DNA from: Gammaproteobacteria bacterium
GTDB taxonomy: Bacteria; Pseudomonadota; Gammaproteobacteria; JAIEPX01
DNA length: 64,000 nucleotides
Reading direction: 5' to 3'
Assembly: GCA_019748175.1 (NCBI GenBank)
Contig: JAIEPX010000004.1
Span: 49,115-113,114, forward strand
Shown here: positions 48,268-58,448 of the stretch, one piece after another
Layout: every line of letters starts with the position of its first letter
Numbering within the stretch: the first letter of the stretch is position 1
Notes under the pieces: generated by a model
Told to the model about the DNA's origin: nothing
The model's database searches: none
Seen by the model: only the letters and a program-made list of their open reading frames with translations
Made by a program: the position numbers and the translations under genes

Positions 48268-49692
48268 TCAACCCAACTCAATGCGATGTTTTCTCTTCTT
48301 TTTGATACGTGCCCAAAGATAAATAATCAATGGGGGAAGCGTTAAGATAGAAATTCCAACCACTAAAATCGATTCATAAATTACCACGTTACCTACCATC
48401 AACTGGGTAGGAGGAAGAAACCCTAAACCAATGGCGACAAGACACGAAATGAGCCCTAAAGAAGACGTTATCCAAATTCCAAACATGCCCAATGGGATTT
48501 TGTATGGACGAGCTATGTGAGGTTTTTTATAGCGCAACCAAATTGCCGCTGCAAAAAGAGCAATATAAACAATCATAGCTAACTGCGCTGTCATCGCAGT
48601 CAAAACCCAATAAGAACTACTCACTGTTGGCATTAACAAAAATACCGAACACAACGCAGTAAAAATTATCGCTTGCACCATTAAAATATTTATCGGAACA
48701 CCTTTACGCGTTGTTCGCGCTAAAAATGCAGGCGCACTTCCATCTTGAGCAGCGACTAATAAACCTTTAGTGGGTCCAATAATCCACGTTGCAACTCCAC
48801 CTATGCCACCAATAATAATTAAAATCGCAACAATCGATTCAGCCCATTCCATATGAAAGGCCACTAAAAAAATATGATAGGCTTGCAATAAACCTGTCAC
48901 TACCGATAAGTCATGATTAGGCACTACAGCTGAAATCGCCAATGAAGAAAACACTAAACTCAATATTATAATAATTGTTGAATATAAAATGGCTCGAGGA
49001 TAAGCATGACCAGGTCTTTCAACTTCATCCGCATGAACTGCTGACATTTCCATGCCAACGAGACCAAAAATTAATGCCAACAAAAATGAGAGCGTATTTG
49101 GATCATGGAACGAAGGCCAAAAATTTACCATCGAAAATTGCACTTGCATAGGTTTTCCCTGCACAATCCACATAATCCCTAAACCTATAATGAATAACAT
49201 CGGTAACAACGTACCAAGCAACGCACCCACAGTACTAATAAAACTGGAAAGTTGCATACCAAAACAATTCAGTAATGTTGCACCCCAAAAAATACCGAGC
49301 ACACAAAGCAGCATAAAAACTTTACTTTCAGCTAAGGATGGATCGATTAAATAAGCGACAGTGGCAGCGATAAACGACAAAATGGTGGGATACCAAACCA
49401 CATTGTAAACCCACTGTAACCAGATCACTACAAATCCCCACAGCTCACCAAATGCTTCTCGTACCCACACATAAATTCCGCCTTTATTTGGCATTGCTGT
49501 GGCTAGTTCTGCAGACACTAAACTGACTGGAACAAAAAAAACGACTGTTGCGAGCATGTAATAAAACACCAACGAAAAACCATAGGCGGCACTGAATGGC
49601 AACGACCTTAAACTATCCACAGCGATAATATTAATCATCATCAGTGAAAAAATGCCGAGCGTTTTACCCGATTTTGACTTTAATCCGGACAT
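48268..49692 (-). CDS. APC-superfamily amino acid permease (GadC/AGT-like)
   Basis: 474-aa multi-pass protein. The N-terminal region GFSLVFYYMLATVVFFVPVSLVSAELATAMPNKGGIYVWVREAFGELWGF parallels E. coli GadC. Confidence 0.75.
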   Translation of the reverse strand: MSGLKSKSGKTLGIFSLMMINIIAVDSLRSLPFSAAYGFSLVFYYMLATVVFFVPVSLVSAELATAMPNKGGIYVWVREAFGELWGFVVIWLQWVYNVVWYPTILSFIAATVAYLIDPSLAESKVFMLLCVLGIFWGATLLNCFGMQLSSFISTVGALLGTLLPMLFIIGLGIMWIVQGKPMQVQFSMVNFWPSFHDPNTLSFLLALIFGLVGMEMSAVHADEVERPGHAYPRAILYSTIIIILSLVFSSLAISAVVPNHDLSVVTGLLQAYHIFLVAFHMEWAESIVAILIIIGGIGGVATWIIGPTKGLLVAAQDGSAPAFLARTTRKGVPINILMVQAIIFTALCSVFLLMPTVSSSYWVLTAMTAQLAMIVYIALFAAAIWLRYKKPHIARPYKIPLGMFGIWITSSLGLISCLVAIGLGFLPPTQLMVGNVVIYESILVVGISILTLPPLIIYLWARIKKKRKHRIELG

Positions 49693-49739
49693 AAAAATCC
49701 TTTAAACAAGTGATACTCAGACACTAACATGAAAAACGC

Positions 49740-50594
49740 TTAAAATGAAGCAAGTCCAATCTGCTGCCCCATCTGCACTGCACTACCTGCCTTTAACTCA
49801 TCATTCCACTGCGCAACTCCCCGAGGAAATACAACAATCACCGTGGAACCTAACTCAAAATGCCCCAGCTCATCACCTTTATTCAATTGAATCTTTTTCT
49901 CTAAAAATTGTTTTGTCACAACACCCGATACCGTAGCCGGAGCCACTTTTCCCGCCCATACTGTATGAATACTCGCTACCAGCATCGCCCCCACCAACAC
50001 CACAACCATCGGACCACACTCTGTCTTAAACCAACACACCACACGCTCATTGCGCGTAAATAAATTAGGAATATTCTCTGAGGAAAAAGCATTCACTGAA
50101 AACAAACGACCGGGAACATAAACCATTTTTTCTAACTGGCCTTCAAAAGGAATATGGACTCGATGATAATCCTTCGGCGACAAATAAACGGTCATAAATT
50201 CCCCGCCCAACAGTGATTGCGCTTGAGAATCATCACCCCCTAGCAATTCTGACAGAGAATACTCTATGCCCTTAGCCTGCAACAATTGGCCCTCGCGAAG
50301 GGCGCCCATTTGGCTGATCACACCATCAGCAGGACTTGCAATCGCGTTGCGATCGTGACAGATCGGCCGTCGTTCTGAATGAATGGCTCGAGTAAAAAAC
50401 TGATTAAAGGAGCGATAAACATCGGGATTGGGCTCAACCGCCAAGCTCATATCAACCCCGTACTTTTTAATAAACCAATTCACCAATAGACGTTTAAACC
50501 AGCCCACTTCTGAACGGCTGATCACTCCCGCCAAACGCGAAAGCGCATGATGGGGCAACATATAATAAGCTAATGTTTTAAACTGGATGAACAT
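49740..50594 (-). CDS. psd: phosphatidylserine decarboxylase proenzyme
   Basis: Collinear with E. coli Psd: YLSPKDYHRVHIP, FTRNERVVC, and the self-cleavage motif FELGSTVIVVF. Confidence 0.92.
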   Translation of the reverse strand: MFIQFKTLAYYMLPHHALSRLAGVISRSEVGWFKRLLVNWFIKKYGVDMSLAVEPNPDVYRSFNQFFTRAIHSERRPICHDRNAIASPADGVISQMGALREGQLLQAKGIEYSLSELLGGDDSQAQSLLGGEFMTVYLSPKDYHRVHIPFEGQLEKMVYVPGRLFSVNAFSSENIPNLFTRNERVVCWFKTECGPMVVVLVGAMLVASIHTVWAGKVAPATVSGVVTKQFLEKKIQLNKGDELGHFELGSTVIVVFPRGVAQWNDELKAGSAVQMGQQIGLASF

Positions 50595-50720
50595 GAACCG
50601 ACCTTTTTTAAGAATATCTTACTATATGATGCTAGATATAGAGAACCAGTGCAATATCAAAGCTAGACTTGACCCCACCTCACTTTTAATGACAACATTA
50701 TCGCAACATATGAGGGTCCT

Positions 50721-51866
50721 GTGAAAATCTATCTAGTCGGTGGTGCAGTACGTGACAAACTTTTAGGACGCGAAGTCACTGAACGTGATTACGTTGCTGT
50801 AAGCGCTACTCCAAAAGAAATGTTAGATCTCGGATTTCGACAAGTCGGCAAAGATTTCCCAGTCTTTTTACACCCTGAAACCAACGAAGAATATGCTCTC
50901 GCCCGCACAGAACGAAAAACAGGCAAGGGCTATACGGGATTTGAATGCAATGCCGATCCTTCCGTGACACTCGAAGAAGATTTAATAAGACGTGATTTAA
51001 CCATAAATGCAATGGCTCAAGAAGTGGGTGATTCTTCAAATGCCATCATCGACCCTTATCACGGACAACTCGATCTTAAAAAGAAAATTCTGCGACATAT
51101 TTCCTCCGCTTTTTCAGAAGATCCAGTTCGCATTTTACGTGTTGCGCGATTTGCTTCGCGATTTCCTGATTACACCGTTTTTCCCGAAACCAATGATTTG
51201 ATGAAAAAAATGGTCGAAACAGGTGAAGTTGACGCACTTGTCGCTGAAAGAGTTTGGAAAGAATTCTCACGTGCATTATCTGAAGAAAACCCCCTTCGAT
51301 TTTTTGAAGTATTAAACGATTGCGGAGCACTCAAAAAACTATTTCCTGAAATTATTTCAAAAGGATCACTTGCAACATCAAAGAGTCTCGATTATCTGCG
51401 CCGCGCATTAACTGATAGAAACCCAAATGATCTCATACGCTTTGGTTCTCTTGCTTTGGGACTTGATAAATACGAAATTACTTCTTTTTGTCAACGATTA
51501 AAGCCACCCAGTCGTTTTAGCGAATTAGCCATTCTTGTTTCTTCCAATCTTAGCAATTACATTAGTTTAGATTTCCAAAACGCAGAATCTGTCATTAATT
51601 TCCTTGAAAAAATCGACGCCTATCGACGACCGGAACGATTTTCTGATTTTTGTCAGATCTTGAAATTTTTACCCGCAGAGATTTCGCCAATAAATTCCAC
51701 ACAAATTATCCAAGACGCTTTTGAACTAACCAATGTTATTGATTCAAAACAATTCATCGACAAAGGCCTTAAAGGCGAAGAAATTGGAAAAGCAATCCAC
51801 GGGGCTCGCGTCGAAAAACTTCAACAGGGAACAGCAACTGGATCTGCTGGAATAGGTACAAGATAG
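50721..51866 (+). CDS. cca: CCA tRNA nucleotidyltransferase
   Basis: MKIYLVGGAVRDKLLG..DYV..GKDFPVFLHPETNEEYALARTERKTGKGYTGF..RRDLTINAMA matches the head domain of E. coli Cca almost motif for motif. GTG start. Confidence 0.9.
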   Translation: MKIYLVGGAVRDKLLGREVTERDYVAVSATPKEMLDLGFRQVGKDFPVFLHPETNEEYALARTERKTGKGYTGFECNADPSVTLEEDLIRRDLTINAMAQEVGDSSNAIIDPYHGQLDLKKKILRHISSAFSEDPVRILRVARFASRFPDYTVFPETNDLMKKMVETGEVDALVAERVWKEFSRALSEENPLRFFEVLNDCGALKKLFPEIISKGSLATSKSLDYLRRALTDRNPNDLIRFGSLALGLDKYEITSFCQRLKPPSRFSELAILVSSNLSNYISLDFQNAESVINFLEKIDAYRRPERFSDFCQILKFLPAEISPINSTQIIQDAFELTNVIDSKQFIDKGLKGEEIGKAIHGARVEKLQQGTATGSAGIGTR

Positions 51867-51894
51867 TAATATTAGATTGCTCTCACACAAAAAA

Positions 51895-51922
51895 ACGGCC
51901 GGTAACTTTCGCTACCAGCCGT
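51895..51922. terminator. bidirectional stem-loop between convergent cca and the repressor gene
   Basis: AAAAAAACGGCCGGTA-actttcgc-TACCAGCCGTCTTT. The 10-bp stem has one mismatch and is flanked by an A-run and a T-rich run. Confidence 0.55.
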
Positions 51923-51944
51923 CTTTAATTAGCAATATCTAGAA

Positions 51945-52637
51945 TTAAGAAAAGTCTTTCTTACGATGCCAAATTACTGGAGCTGCACTAACCAATTCAC
52001 GATCGTACAGTGTAATTTCACGTACAGATGTATCTGGGTTAACACAAGTCAGTGTATAAGTACCAGGCTTGCTGCCTGCTTTGACTCGACGGAAAAGAAT
52101 TTCGTTATCACGAGTCTCAACGATACAGTTTTTACCGATCACTGAATCCAGATGGAGAGACGAACGACGTTTACCAGCAACGTAGTCGCCTACTGCGAAC
52201 GCAGGCGCCATACCATCATCAATAATGATGTATTCGACCGCGTCTGGGTTGTTTTGACGGAAAACGAGCAATTCATTAACAATCGCGCGATCTTCAGTCG
52301 GAACTTCGATCGGCTCAAGCCGTTCATTGCCTGTATCAAATAATTTGTTTGATAATTGAGGAGGAGTACCAATACCGTAGAGCAACCAATCAACGCCACA
52401 ACGAATACCTTCTTCTTTGAATACGGCAATAACTCGTCGAGCGCCTTTTTCGGTCAGACCACCAGCTTTAGCGTCTTCCCAAGATTGGATAGTACTTGCA
52501 CTGATATGATACTGCTCTTCAAAAGCCTTACGCGATAAACCCGTCATCATACGTAAGCTTTTAAGCCGCTGCCCCCGCATTTCTGGGCCGGACTTTGAGT
52601 CTTTGAGGTCTTGAATTCTATCAATTAATTTTGGCAT
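51945..52637 (-). CDS. CI/LexA-like repressor: XRE HTH + S24-peptidase-like C-terminal domain (catalytic Ser apparently replaced)
   Basis: HTH LKSLRMMTGLSRKAFEEQYHISASTIQSWE. The C-terminal beta-rich domain has DDGMAPAF where S24 peptidases have GDSMxP. ATG 52637 has GGTGGA upstream. Confidence 0.7.
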   Translation of the reverse strand: MPKLIDRIQDLKDSKSGPEMRGQRLKSLRMMTGLSRKAFEEQYHISASTIQSWEDAKAGGLTEKGARRVIAVFKEEGIRCGVDWLLYGIGTPPQLSNKLFDTGNERLEPIEVPTEDRAIVNELLVFRQNNPDAVEYIIIDDGMAPAFAVGDYVAGKRRSSLHLDSVIGKNCIVETRDNEILFRRVKAGSKPGTYTLTCVNPDTSVREITLYDRELVSAAPVIWHRKKDFS

Positions 52638-53017
52638 ATATCCACCTGTCCTGATTAAGTTCAATTAACATGCCGGCATTTTAGCATGTTTTCACAAAAA
52701 AATAAAGCATTTAAGGGAATTCTGACACATTCTTCTGTCTACTTCTATAGGCCCACCCTGCCTATCCCCCGAACACCGCATGAAGAAAGACTTAACATCT
52801 ACTAAAACATGGTAGGTCTTAATCTTCAGTGCCCATATTGTATCAGATTTTATATAAAATGGAAGGATAATATCACGATTTAACTAGAGTTCTTGCTCTG
52901 GATTCATTAGGAACTCGTTTGATAAGGGGTGATAAAGCAGAATTTGCTAGGAAAACATGCCAAAAGCCCCTCTATTTCAACATTCCTATAAGGCCCTAAG
53001 GTAATTTTAAGTTAATA

Positions 53018-53218
53018 TCACTGTAAAATCGAATGAGGCTCCCACCAACCCACCATTGCCGCAATAAGCAATAAAGCGAAAATTAAGACTGAAAGCCCGA
53101 TACGCCATGTTAATGCTCTAGCCATTTTTTCAGAATCACGTCTTCTTAACATATAGAAACTTGCACTTCCTAAGAAATAAAGCACCATTAACATTAAAGC
53201 TAATATTAGATATTTCAT
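53018..53218 (-). CDS. twin-transmembrane-helix small protein (DUF2909)
   Basis: 66 aa with two TM helices joined by RRRDSEKMARALTWR. It sits on the opposite strand immediately upstream of SURF1, as in other proteobacterial cox clusters. Confidence 0.65.
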   Translation of the reverse strand: MKYLILALMLMVLYFLGSASFYMLRRRDSEKMARALTWRIGLSVLIFALLLIAAMVGWWEPHSILQ

Positions 53219-53423
53219 GATAATTTTTTTCCTTAGAAGAGCAGATTGTCAGTGAGTTTGAAGTGTATCATACGAATTTATGAAGTGCATTAGAGCCTGG
53301 TAGTAGATTTCAATAGCAAAATCTGGGTTTATGCAATATTCAGGATGTAAGCCACAAATTTCCATTGAAAACCTTGTTTTTGAGTGCTTAAATGCCTTAA
53401 TTGAATCACCCTTCTGGAACCCC

Positions 53424-54161
53424 ATGAAAGCTGTCAGCGCTAGACAAAAATTGACCTTCAAACCAACGCTTTGGCCAACGCTAGCCACGCTGATTTTGCT
53501 ACCTATACTGATTTTGCTGGGTTTTTGGCAATGGCACCGCGCAGAGTATAAACAGCAACTGCTAGACCATTACACCAATCAACAAGGGCAACCGCCACTT
53601 GCCCTGGATCAAGCTGTAAAAGACCTGGAGGGCTTTCGCTATTTCCCATTAAGCATTCACGGCCATTACATTGTTGATAAGCAATTTTTACAAGATAATC
53701 AATTCCATGAACATCAGGTGGGCTATTATGTACTCACGCCTTTTATTACCGACTCACAACAAATTCTATTGGTGAATCGCGGCTGGGTCACCAAACAACT
53801 TCCACACACTCAATTACAATTATCAACAAAACCGGTGACATTAGGCGGACGGATAAGTGCCGCTCCAGTACGTACATTTCATTTAGGCGACAATTTCATC
53901 GGTAAAACCACTTGGCCCAAAGTGATGCAAGTCATCAAGATTGACGAATTATCGAACGCGTTGGGGCAGCCACTGCAACCCATTATACTCTTATTAGACC
54001 CCGATCAAGCCGATGGGTTCGTTCGAGATTGGCAGCCGCAGGGCCTTCCGCCCGAAAAACATAGGGCTTACGCCCTGCAATGGTTTGCATTTGCTACCCT
54101 TTTAATGGTAATTTTCCTCGTATTGAACATTAACCGCGAAGGCGGGAAACTCCAGAAGTGA
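53424..54161 (+). CDS. SURF1-family cytochrome oxidase assembly protein
   Basis: LILLGFWQWHR, VLTPF, LVNRGWV and HRAYALQWFAFA are SURF1 hallmarks. ATG 53424 is preferred to 53331. Confidence 0.85.
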   Translation: MKAVSARQKLTFKPTLWPTLATLILLPILILLGFWQWHRAEYKQQLLDHYTNQQGQPPLALDQAVKDLEGFRYFPLSIHGHYIVDKQFLQDNQFHEHQVGYYVLTPFITDSQQILLVNRGWVTKQLPHTQLQLSTKPVTLGGRISAAPVRTFHLGDNFIGKTTWPKVMQVIKIDELSNALGQPLQPIILLLDPDQADGFVRDWQPQGLPPEKHRAYALQWFAFATLLMVIFLVLNINREGGKLQK

Positions 54162-54748
54162 GGAAAAGTATGATCGCCGAAAAACGCAATAATTTTGTCA
54201 TCGTTAGCTTAATATTAACTTTCACAATCCCGTTGATTCTTGCTGGGCTATTATATTGGTATGGCGCACCCCTCGAAGGTAAAACCACCAATTACGGGCA
54301 ATTAATACAACCCACCATACCCATTAAACAATTGTCGCTAAAAGATATTTCAAATCACGAACTTGCCGACAAAGATATTTTGGGAAAATGGATTTTACTG
54401 ACACTCAACCCAAACTCTTGTAATAAAGCCTGCGAAACCAGTCTTTACAACATACGACAAATTGCCAAAGCAACGGGAAAAGACCATACGCGACTTCGTC
54501 AGGTCGTCATTACAGTAAATGGCAATAAAACCGATGCACATTTAGAGACATTATTACAGCACGATTACTCTCTGACCAAACAATGGGTAATTGAAAAATC
54601 TCAAGCACAACGTCTTAGTTCAGAAGAAGGCGCCATTTATTTTAGTGATCCTCTTGGTAATATTATGATGCGCTATAAACCTTCCGCAAATCCTTCGTAC
54701 ATTTTTAAGGATTTGACAAAATTATTGAAAGTTTCGCAAATTGGATAA
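54158..54748 (+). CDS. membrane-anchored protein of the cox assembly cluster (thioredoxin-fold/SCO-like?)
   Basis: One N-terminal TM. GKWILLTLNPNSCNKAC contains a CxxxC-type motif. Its conserved position is between SURF1 and ctaA. The function is not established. Confidence 0.4.
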   Translation: MRKSMIAEKRNNFVIVSLILTFTIPLILAGLLYWYGAPLEGKTTNYGQLIQPTIPIKQLSLKDISNHELADKDILGKWILLTLNPNSCNKACETSLYNIRQIAKATGKDHTRLRQVVITVNGNKTDAHLETLLQHDYSLTKQWVIEKSQAQRLSSEEGAIYFSDPLGNIMMRYKPSANPSYIFKDLTKLLKVSQIG

Positions 54749-54758
54749 GGGGGTAATC

Positions 54759-55793
54759 ATGAATAAATCTCAACCTGCACATCGATTTTGGTTTATGGCC
54801 CTGATCGCTACTGTGTTTGCAGTGAATGTTGTGATGCTAGGAGCTTATACTCGATTAAAAGATGCCGGACTCGGCTGCCCAGATTGGCCGGGCTGTTACG
54901 GGCAATTGACAGTTCCACAAACAACGCAAGACGTTGCAAAAGCTGAACAAGCATTTCCAAAACTCAAAGTAGAGCCGGAAAAAGCCTGGCCAGAAATGAT
55001 CCATCGCTATTTCGCAGGTACATTAGGATTGTTGATTTTTACACTAGCAGTGAGCTCCTTAATTCGTAAACGTCGTGATCGAGATGTTCCCATCGCAGTT
55101 CCTCTTTTTTTAGTTGGCATGGTGATTTTTCAAGCGATGCTCGGTATGTGGACTGTCACATGGCAATTATTGCCACAAGTTGTGATGGGACACTTATTAG
55201 GTGGAATGACCATCGCGACTTTTTTATGGTGGTTGACGCTGAGCTTGAAAACTAAACGACGACACAAAACACCGAACTCGTGGTTAAAACCTGCTGCAAT
55301 TATTGGAATTATTATTGTCGCAACACAAATTTTTCTCGGCGCATGGACGAGCGCAAATTATGCTTCCATTATTTGCCCCGATTTTCCATTCTGCCAAGGC
55401 AGTTTTTTTCCGAAAATGGATTTCGCCACTGCATTTAATTTCACTAGTCCGATTGGCGCGAATTATCAAGGTGGAATTTTGGGCACCACAGCGCGCGTCA
55501 CATTACAAATGATGCATCGATACGGCGCGATTATCACAGCAACATATATCACATTATTAGCCATCATTTTGTTACGCTCACGACAACGTCCAGAATTACG
55601 AACTGCAGGTTGGGGAATATTAATTATTCTTACAGTGCAATTTTTATTAGGCGTAGCCAATATCGACACAAAACTATTATTACCTGTTGCAGTTGCACAT
55701 AATGGCGTTGCTTTAATTTTACTTTTATCGCTGGTGACACTGGCTCATTTACTTTTTCGAGGGCAACAACGTGACACGCTTAGCGTCAATTAA
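54759..55793 (+). CDS. ctaA: heme A synthase (COX15/CtaA)
   Basis: [27 protein letters not shown] and MMHRYGA are COX15 His/Cys motifs. Eight TM-like segments. ATG 54759 has GGGGG upstream. Confidence 0.88.
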   Translation: MNKSQPAHRFWFMALIATVFAVNVVMLGAYTRLKDAGLGCPDWPGCYGQLTVPQTTQDVAKAEQAFPKLKVEPEKAWPEMIHRYFAGTLGLLIFTLAVSSLIRKRRDRDVPIAVPLFLVGMVIFQAMLGMWTVTWQLLPQVVMGHLLGGMTIATFLWWLTLSLKTKRRHKTPNSWLKPAAIIGIIIVATQIFLGAWTSANYASIICPDFPFCQGSFFPKMDFATAFNFTSPIGANYQGGILGTTARVTLQMMHRYGAIITATYITLLAIILLRSRQRPELRTAGWGILIILTVQFLLGVANIDTKLLLPVAVAHNGVALILLLSLVTLAHLLFRGQQRDTLSVN

Positions 55794-56634
55794 TTCCTAT
55801 ATAGAACTTACGAAGCCTCGCGTTGTCTCATTAATTTTATTAACAGCTGTCGTTGGAATGCTGCTTGCTGCACCCTGGATACCATGGCAACCTTTATTTT
55901 ATGGCACATTAGGTATTGGATTAACAGCAAGTTCCGCAGCCGTGATCAACCAACTTATCGATCGTCATATTGATGCAAAAATGGGCCGCACTCAAAATCG
56001 TCCATTACCCAGCGGGAAAACCACACCCACTCGAGCCATTATTTTTGCAACGATTCTCGGATTACTCGGAATGTCCGTGCTATTTATATTTGTAAACGCG
56101 CTCACGGCATGGCTAACATTTGCCACACTGATTGGATACGCTCTTATTTATACGGTATTTTTAAAACGCGCGACCCCACAAAATATTGTGATCGGTGGAT
56201 TAGCAGGCGCCACGCCTCCGTTGCTCGGCTGGACTGCCGTCACTGGGCATGTAGATTATGCCAGTCTGCTTCTGGTATTAATTATTTTTACGTGGACACC
56301 TCCGCATTTTTGGGCGCTTGCCGTCGCACGTTATGACGAATATAAAAAAGCAGAAATTCCCATGTTGCCCGTCACACACGGAATTCCTTTCACCTTATTA
56401 TGTACACTACTCTACACCTTTTTAATGATCGCATGCTCATTACTGCCCTACGCCATTGGCATGAGCGGAATATTCTACTTAATCACCAGCATCTTATTAA
56501 ATGCCGTTTTTCTGTATTGGGTGGTCCTATTATACCGAACCCACGATCGCGTGATTGCAATGAAAACCTTTTATTATTCAATATTCTATTTAATGTTACT
56601 GTTTATTGTGCTATTAATAGACCATTATTTATAG
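55771..56634 (+). CDS. cyoE: protoheme IX farnesyltransferase (heme O synthase)
   Basis: UbiA-type motifs [23 protein letters not shown] and [13 protein letters not shown] start overlapping ctaA. Confidence 0.9.
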   Translation: MTRLASINSYIELTKPRVVSLILLTAVVGMLLAAPWIPWQPLFYGTLGIGLTASSAAVINQLIDRHIDAKMGRTQNRPLPSGKTTPTRAIIFATILGLLGMSVLFIFVNALTAWLTFATLIGYALIYTVFLKRATPQNIVIGGLAGATPPLLGWTAVTGHVDYASLLLVLIIFTWTPPHFWALAVARYDEYKKAEIPMLPVTHGIPFTLLCTLLYTFLMIACSLLPYAIGMSGIFYLITSILLNAVFLYWVVLLYRTHDRVIAMKTFYYSIFYLMLLFIVLLIDHYL

Positions 56635-56638
56635 GAGT

Positions 56639-57313
56639 GTGACCATGACAACTCAAGTGATCCGAAACCGCAATATCATCCTCGCTGCCATCGCTTTTGC
56701 CGTCATCTCACTATTATTGGGAATGTGGGTGCGAAACAACCAAAGCGGTATTCACCAATCTCCATTTGATATCGAAAATGGCACTATTTTTCCTGTTCCT
56801 CATGACATCTCACCTTTTCATCTTGTTAGCGCTCAAGAAAAACCATTCACCAACAGTGATTTAAGAGGACATTGGAGTTTATTATTTTTCGGATTTACAC
56901 AATGCCCACAACTTTGCCCCACCACACTTGCCGTTCTCAACGATACCTACCAACAATTAGAAAAAAAGAAAAATGTACTGCTTCCACAAATTGTATTTAT
57001 TTCTGTTGATCCAGAACGCGATACTCCTCCTGTTATTCAAAAATATATTGCTAGCTTCAATAAAAATTTCGTTGGCGCAACTGGCTCTCAAGATGAAATC
57101 AAAAAACTCACAGCAGCGCTCAATATTCTGTATATGAAAGTCCAAAAACCAAATGCTAACGACCCTATGGCCTATCAAATAGATCACAGTGGCACACTTC
57201 TTTTAGTGAATCCCGAAGGAAAACTGCTCGCACTTTTCTCTTCACCACACACTGCTGAAGGTCTTGCAAATAACATTGAAACTATAGAAGCGCGTTTTTC
57301 CAAACAGATTTAA
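56639..57313 (+). CDS. SCO1/SenC copper chaperone
   Basis: N-terminal TM. HWSLLFFGFTQCPQLCPTT (CxxxC). FISVDPERDTP. IDHSGTLLLVNPEGKL (His ligand). Confidence 0.88.
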   Translation: MTMTTQVIRNRNIILAAIAFAVISLLLGMWVRNNQSGIHQSPFDIENGTIFPVPHDISPFHLVSAQEKPFTNSDLRGHWSLLFFGFTQCPQLCPTTLAVLNDTYQQLEKKKNVLLPQIVFISVDPERDTPPVIQKYIASFNKNFVGATGSQDEIKKLTAALNILYMKVQKPNANDPMAYQIDHSGTLLLVNPEGKLLALFSSPHTAEGLANNIETIEARFSKQI

Positions 57314-57340
57314 AATATTGATGCATTAAAAAGGTTTAAA

Positions 57341-58375
57341 ATGTGGGCGGACAGAACTAATGAATCGTTTGCGCTGATTTTCAAAGGCGTAGGATTAGAC
57401 TTTTCACCTTTACACGTTGAAAAAGCGTTACAGTTATTGGCGCTTTATCAATGCCGAGAAGTCATAGTCGGGGGCGTTTTAGATAAAACAAAACAACCCT
57501 TATTTCCTGAAATTACTGAACATACACATCAGTTTCTTATTCTCACAGCCTATCTACAGAGCACATTTATACGCCCCGTAAAATTAGAAAGAACCGATGT
57601 TAAAGATCCTGATTCACTCGATCTTGTTGCACTAAAAGAATGTGCTCGCACACTAGGAATGCTAGATGAAATACTTCCAAAACTTCAACATTACCCTAGA
57701 GTCATTGTTCAAGGCGGATTTCAATTTCGACTCGAAAAACGATTACTATTTCTTGTTCGATTAATTCGATCAAAAATAATTGTTGGCGTTGAACATTTAT
57801 TGATATCCGTAGGTGAACGTGTACTCGCTGATTTCGAGCCAGCAAAACAACAAAGCGCAAACACCGAATTCGAAATGGCGAAAATTGTTCTTGCTCAGAT
57901 GAAACAAGAATATCCTGACTGTTTTGATAAAATCACAATCGATTTTCACAATGCACAGAAAAAACCTGATGCTGTGCGTGCCGATGTTGACGATGCTTCT
58001 GCACAAACCGCAAAAATGTACCAACAGAAAGATACTGTTTTGCTCATCAGTGACCAACCTTTCTGCCAATTTCAACACGAAAGTTTCCGCATTCCATTTC
58101 ATCCGACCCCACTTGAAACTATTGGCGAAGCTGCAAGCGAAGATTACAATGGATGGAACTTCTGCGATGCTTTTTCACGCTATATGTTCTGTATTGCAAG
58201 ACGTCATTTAATTCTAGACTCAAAAATCGATCCTAAAAAATCCATGGACATCATCAACGAATATAAAAAACTCTATACCTGCGATTCTTCATTATATTTA
58301 AATGGGAAACTCCGACCCGAATTAGAATCACCCGCAAAAGAATTAGCAGCAGGCATCACAACTATTCTTAAATAA
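57341..58375 (+). CDS. hypothetical protein (344 aa)
   Basis: Long ORF with no motif that I can name. No signal peptide. Confidence 0.5.
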   Translation: MWADRTNESFALIFKGVGLDFSPLHVEKALQLLALYQCREVIVGGVLDKTKQPLFPEITEHTHQFLILTAYLQSTFIRPVKLERTDVKDPDSLDLVALKECARTLGMLDEILPKLQHYPRVIVQGGFQFRLEKRLLFLVRLIRSKIIVGVEHLLISVGERVLADFEPAKQQSANTEFEMAKIVLAQMKQEYPDCFDKITIDFHNAQKKPDAVRADVDDASAQTAKMYQQKDTVLLISDQPFCQFQHESFRIPFHPTPLETIGEAASEDYNGWNFCDAFSRYMFCIARRHLILDSKIDPKKSMDIINEYKKLYTCDSSLYLNGKLRPELESPAKELAAGITTILK

Positions 58376-58448
58376 TCATTTCGTACACTATTGAAAAAAA
58401 ACGCCATTTCTGAGATAATGTCGAAAGAATTACTGGCGTGAGCTTATT

